Assembly: GCA_963813025.1 (NCBI GenBank)
Contig: CAWEXO010000012.1
Location: 32,001-96,000, forward strand
Direction of reading: 5' to 3'
DNA from: an uncultured Verrucomicrobiae bacterium
GTDB lineage: Bacteria > Verrucomicrobiota > Verrucomicrobiia > Chthoniobacterales > JAFAMB01
DNA: 64,000 nt
A model generated the notes under the pieces. That model saw only the letters and a program-made list of their open reading frames with translations, was not told the origin of the DNA and did no database searches. Position 1 is the stretch's first letter, and every line of letters starts with the position of its first letter. Position numbers and translations under genes: made by a program. Shown here one piece after another: positions 61,002-64,000 of this stretch.

Positions 61002-61007
61002 GGTGGA

Positions 61008-61055
61008 ATCTAGATCCTGACTCCTAGCTCCTAGATTCTAGATTCTAGATTCTAT
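61008..61055. repeat. Short tandem heptamer repeat (CTAGATT-like)
   Basis: atctagatcctgactcctagctcctagattctagattctagattcta in the intergenic gap. Confidence 0.7.
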
Positions 61056-62053
61056 CGAGTCGTGAATTGAATCCTCGACAAGATCTGGGCAAGACGAACC
61101 GCCGCCTTGCGCAGCTGCTCCGCGGCAATCGCCCGGGAGCGGCTCACGTAATCGTCCGGAAGACGGATCCAGAGTCGCGCAGACTGTTGATCGTCATTGA
61201 GCTGACCGGCCCGAAAGGTAATTCCTTCGTACGCCTGGCGGGCGGCCGCGACCGAATCCAACGCCCATTCCTCCGGCCAGTGATGATAATTGCCAACGGT
61301 TTCAGCTACTGGGGAACCCGCCAATTGCCTGCCCAAGATCCAGGCCAGCTCCGCCGGACTCTTTGTTCCACCGATCGATTCGACGACGGTCGAGTCCCAA
61401 AACGCATGCAATTCATGCTGTGGATCAAAAAACAGCTCGTTGCCTCCACGATCGCTTGGCAGACCGACGACCTGAGCCGGGTCGCTCACCAAAGCGGGAG
61501 GATGGATCTCGCTCAGGATGTAGTATCCGCTCACGCAATGAAGAGGCTGGTGAATGTCTCCGACAAAGTGGACCAGCAGCCGGAACGCCTCGGCTTGGCT
61601 GAACTCACCCGGCAGCGCAGCACGTGACTCTAAAACCCGGATACAGCGTTCGATCGTCTGGACTACGTCGTTGCTCGAAATGAATTGCGGCGCAGCCCGG
61701 TAATTTTTTGTGCCGAGTGGCAGATCGACGAAATGCCAGAGATAATTCTTGGGAAACTCTTGATTGAATTGCGCCGCTTCCGGATCTCCGGCCAGTGCTC
61801 CACGACCGCGTGCCGCCTCGCGCACATCATCCGCCCAGGTCGAGATCGCGGCGAGATCTTCCGCCCTGCTTTCGGCCAGCAGCGGAGCGATTCTGGCCTG
61901 CACGTCCGCAGAAATCAGTTCTTCGGCCAGGATGCCGATCGCCCGATGACCCTCCGGCCCCCAAGCGAGGAGAGGCTCAATGGGAACAACGCAGCAAAAC
62001 AGCGCCAAGAAACCTGCAGCCCTCCTTCGGCCCACGCCGGACGAGCGCTGCAC
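61052..62053 (-). CDS. S1/P1 nuclease
   Basis: Signal peptide then WGPEGH, WADD, WHFVD, LVHFVGDIHQPLH, DRGGN, LHAFWD. Confidence 0.93.
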   Translation of the reverse strand: MQRSSGVGRRRAAGFLALFCCVVPIEPLLAWGPEGHRAIGILAEELISADVQARIAPLLAESRAEDLAAISTWADDVREAARGRGALAGDPEAAQFNQEFPKNYLWHFVDLPLGTKNYRAAPQFISSNDVVQTIERCIRVLESRAALPGEFSQAEAFRLLVHFVGDIHQPLHCVSGYYILSEIHPPALVSDPAQVVGLPSDRGGNELFFDPQHELHAFWDSTVVESIGGTKSPAELAWILGRQLAGSPVAETVGNYHHWPEEWALDSVAAARQAYEGITFRAGQLNDDQQSARLWIRLPDDYVSRSRAIAAEQLRKAAVRLAQILSRIQFTTR

Positions 62054-62206
62054 GTTCTTGCAGCTGAACTCTCCGGCGTAGCCGGAGAGTTTTGTCGCTT
62101 TTTTTAAAGGAGAGTTTGAAACCGTTTTGTGGGGATTCTTATGCCCTAAAACAGCGCCCGGGGTCCGTTTAACAGTCCCCCCCGAGTCCGCAGTGCGAGT
62201 GCCGTG

Positions 62207-62737
62207 TTAGCGATGAGGCTTCCGCATCTTCTTCGGTTGCGTGGGGGCAGCTTCCTTGCCGCTCACCGGGACAGGTCGAACGATCTGGCCGCTCTCTAGG
62301 ACAGCTGCATAGAGTGTCTCGGGCTGTCCTCCAATCCGCCCGGTCATACGGACGAGGTAATAGGGCACCGGCGCGGTAATGTGCTCGACCGATTCGGCCT
62401 TCACATTGGAAGCATTATAGAATCCACCCGGCTTTCCCCCAACATCGGTGAGTGAGTTCGGATAGTTGTCTCCCGAAACAGTCTTATCCTTCGCGGTACC
62501 GCCAGCCCATGCGACCGCAACCAGCGCGGCAGATCCCGGCGTCACGTTATTGTGCACCGAGTAGGGCATGTCGGGATCAGGCTTGAATTTATCCGAAGCG
62601 CCCGGCGCAGGTTCCAATGTATAAGTCTGGACTCCGCCGCTAGCGGTCCGAACCGTGTAACTTATCCCGTAAGCTGCCGTTATTAGCAGGGGGGAGATCG
62701 AAGCCAACACTAACAGGATCAATGGCTTAGCCTTCAT
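62207..62737 (-). CDS. Hypothetical exported protein
   Basis: Signal peptide MKAKPLILLVLAS...AYG; 176 aa. Confidence 0.65.
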   Translation of the reverse strand: MKAKPLILLVLASISPLLITAAYGISYTVRTASGGVQTYTLEPAPGASDKFKPDPDMPYSVHNNVTPGSAALVAVAWAGGTAKDKTVSGDNYPNSLTDVGGKPGGFYNASNVKAESVEHITAPVPYYLVRMTGRIGGQPETLYAAVLESGQIVRPVPVSGKEAAPTQPKKMRKPHR

Positions 62738-62866
62738 AACACAATCTTAGCAGCCTCGGACGAGATGCCAACGGTATTTGAACGCATCGTGTAAAAATTG
62801 ACCATCAGAGAAACTCCAAGATCTGACTTGCAGCCCGACGGCCCTGTGATCTTTCTTTCTCTCGAA

Positions 62867-64000
62867 ATGCGGCTTACCAAGCTCTCTGTTATCTTAGCCG
62901 CGCTTTGCGCGATGCCGGTTCCCCAGGGCCAAGCTGCGCCCGCCGCCGTCCCCAAGCCTTCGGCGAGCGCACCCGTCCTTGTGACGCCTTCTCCCCGACC
63001 AGCGTCTTCTCCGCGACCGGCACCCTCTCCGCGACCGGCGCCCACACCGATTGACCTCCCTGAGATTGTGGAAGAAGCTCAGTCGACCCTCGGTGCTCTT
63101 GCCCAACTTCAGAACGGCCTGAACCCGGACCCGGCGAGCGTGTCGGCTCGTGAAAACCTTTCAACGCTGACCCGCGATATCGATCGGCGAGCGACCGATC
63201 AGGCAAAACTTTCTTCCGAACAAGCCTCGATTGACGCGATCAACCGTTCGCAGGCCGCCTGGGGCGAACTTCAGGACAATCTGGCAACTCTGAATCGAGA
63301 TCTTGCCCGGCGCGCAACCACGCTTGATGCGGACCTCGCGCAATTAAACCAGTACAGCGCCGTTTGGGAGGCAACTGCGGAGGCGACCCGAAAAGCGCAG
63401 ACACCGCCCGAAGTCTTACAGCGAGTCGATTCGGTCATCGCCAAGGTGCACGAAACCAAGCAAGTGGTGGAAAATGCACGAGCCGATATCCTCGGCCTGC
63501 AAAGCCGGGTGCTGGAGCAATCTGACCGCGTTCGAGCCGCTCTGGAGACTCTCCAGCAGTTCGCGGCCGATGCGGCCAAAAGACTCTTTGTACGGGACAG
63601 TCTCCCGATCTGGAATCCGGAGTTTATTGCGCAATCCAGGTGGTCGGAAGAAAATCGGGAAAGCTTTTCGTCGGATCTGGCTTTCCTCCGGGCTTATGTG
63701 GTCGATCGGCCGGGCGCATTTCTGGTCCACGGAGCACTCTTTGTTCTACTGTTCTTTACCATGCGCTGGCTGCGCCGGCGCGTGAGTGCCTGGACCGAGC
63801 AGGAGCCGAGACTCCGGCGGGCCGCGCCGGTGTTTGATGTCCCTCTGGCAGCGGCGATCGCTCTTTCGTTTCTGTTCGTGAGCTTTATCTACCCGCAGGC
63901 ACCCCCGCCGCTCATGGCGATTTTAGGCGCGATCGGCCTTCTTCCGGTTGTCATTATCCTGCGACGGCTGCTTGAACCGGCCCTCTTTCCGGTGCTGTAC
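62867..64000 (+). CDS. Large mechanosensitive channel (MscS/MscK-like), N-terminal part; runs off the window
   Basis: Manual translation MRLTKLSVILAALCA, Pro-rich linker, coiled-coil periplasmic region, RDSLPIW, then TM helices; the channel domain is not visible, so family is inferred from architecture. Confidence 0.55.
   Translation, partial: MRLTKLSVILAALCAMPVPQGQAAPAAVPKPSASAPVLVTPSPRPASSPRPAPSPRPAPTPIDLPEIVEEAQSTLGALAQLQNGLNPDPASVSARENLSTLTRDIDRRATDQAKLSSEQASIDAINRSQAAWGELQDNLATLNRDLARRATTLDADLAQLNQYSAVWEATAEATRKAQTPPEVLQRVDSVIAKVHETKQVVENARADILGLQSRVLEQSDRVRAALETLQQFAADAAKRLFVRDSLPIWNPEFIAQSRWSEENRESFSSDLAFLRAYVVDRPGAFLVHGALFVLLFFTMRWLRRRVSAWTEQEPRLRRAAPVFDVPLAAAIALSFLFVSFIYPQAPPPLMAILGAIGLLPVVIILRRLLEPALFPVLY

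Noticed and set aside
62067..62106. Hairpin AACTCTCCGGC-gta-GCCGGAGAGTT as terminator of the minus-strand gene
   Set aside because: The T-tract lies on the plus strand, where no gene ends; role unclear, so it is not called.

Overview
Bacterial chromosomal window, roughly 55-58% GC by eye. Gene content and style suggest a soil Verrucomicrobiota (Chthoniobacterales-like), but that is inference only. 1-20 kb is intact and core-like: AI-2E transporter (partial), a MoxR/DUF58/BatA-E operon, DUF3108, a DUF62 SAM hydrolase, an LMW-phosphatase-GlyA fusion, a putative ECF sigma/anti-sigma fusion, and a redoxin-egtB-egtD-ABC importer (ergothioneine) cluster. About 20.4-58.7 kb, around and downstream of tRNA-Ser(CGA), is an accessory stress/desiccation-type region. 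It carries RES-Xre and HicBA toxin-antitoxin pairs, two Hsp20, two transglutaminase-like genes, a desaturase, CsbD/DUF883/lmo0937-like small proteins, an otsAB fusion, glgB, a GT4+GH130 pair, ferritin, a debranching-like enzyme and a 13-repeat PASTA-only lipoprotein. It also holds two complete IS630 elements, IS66/IS3 remnants and many internally deleted gene scraps (MOSC reductase, LysR, surE, sufB, dnaK tail, groEL apical domain, COG4705). 58.7-64 kb returns to intact genes (FUSC, S1/P1 nuclease, partial MscS/MscK). All calls come from motif recognition by eye; no searches were run.
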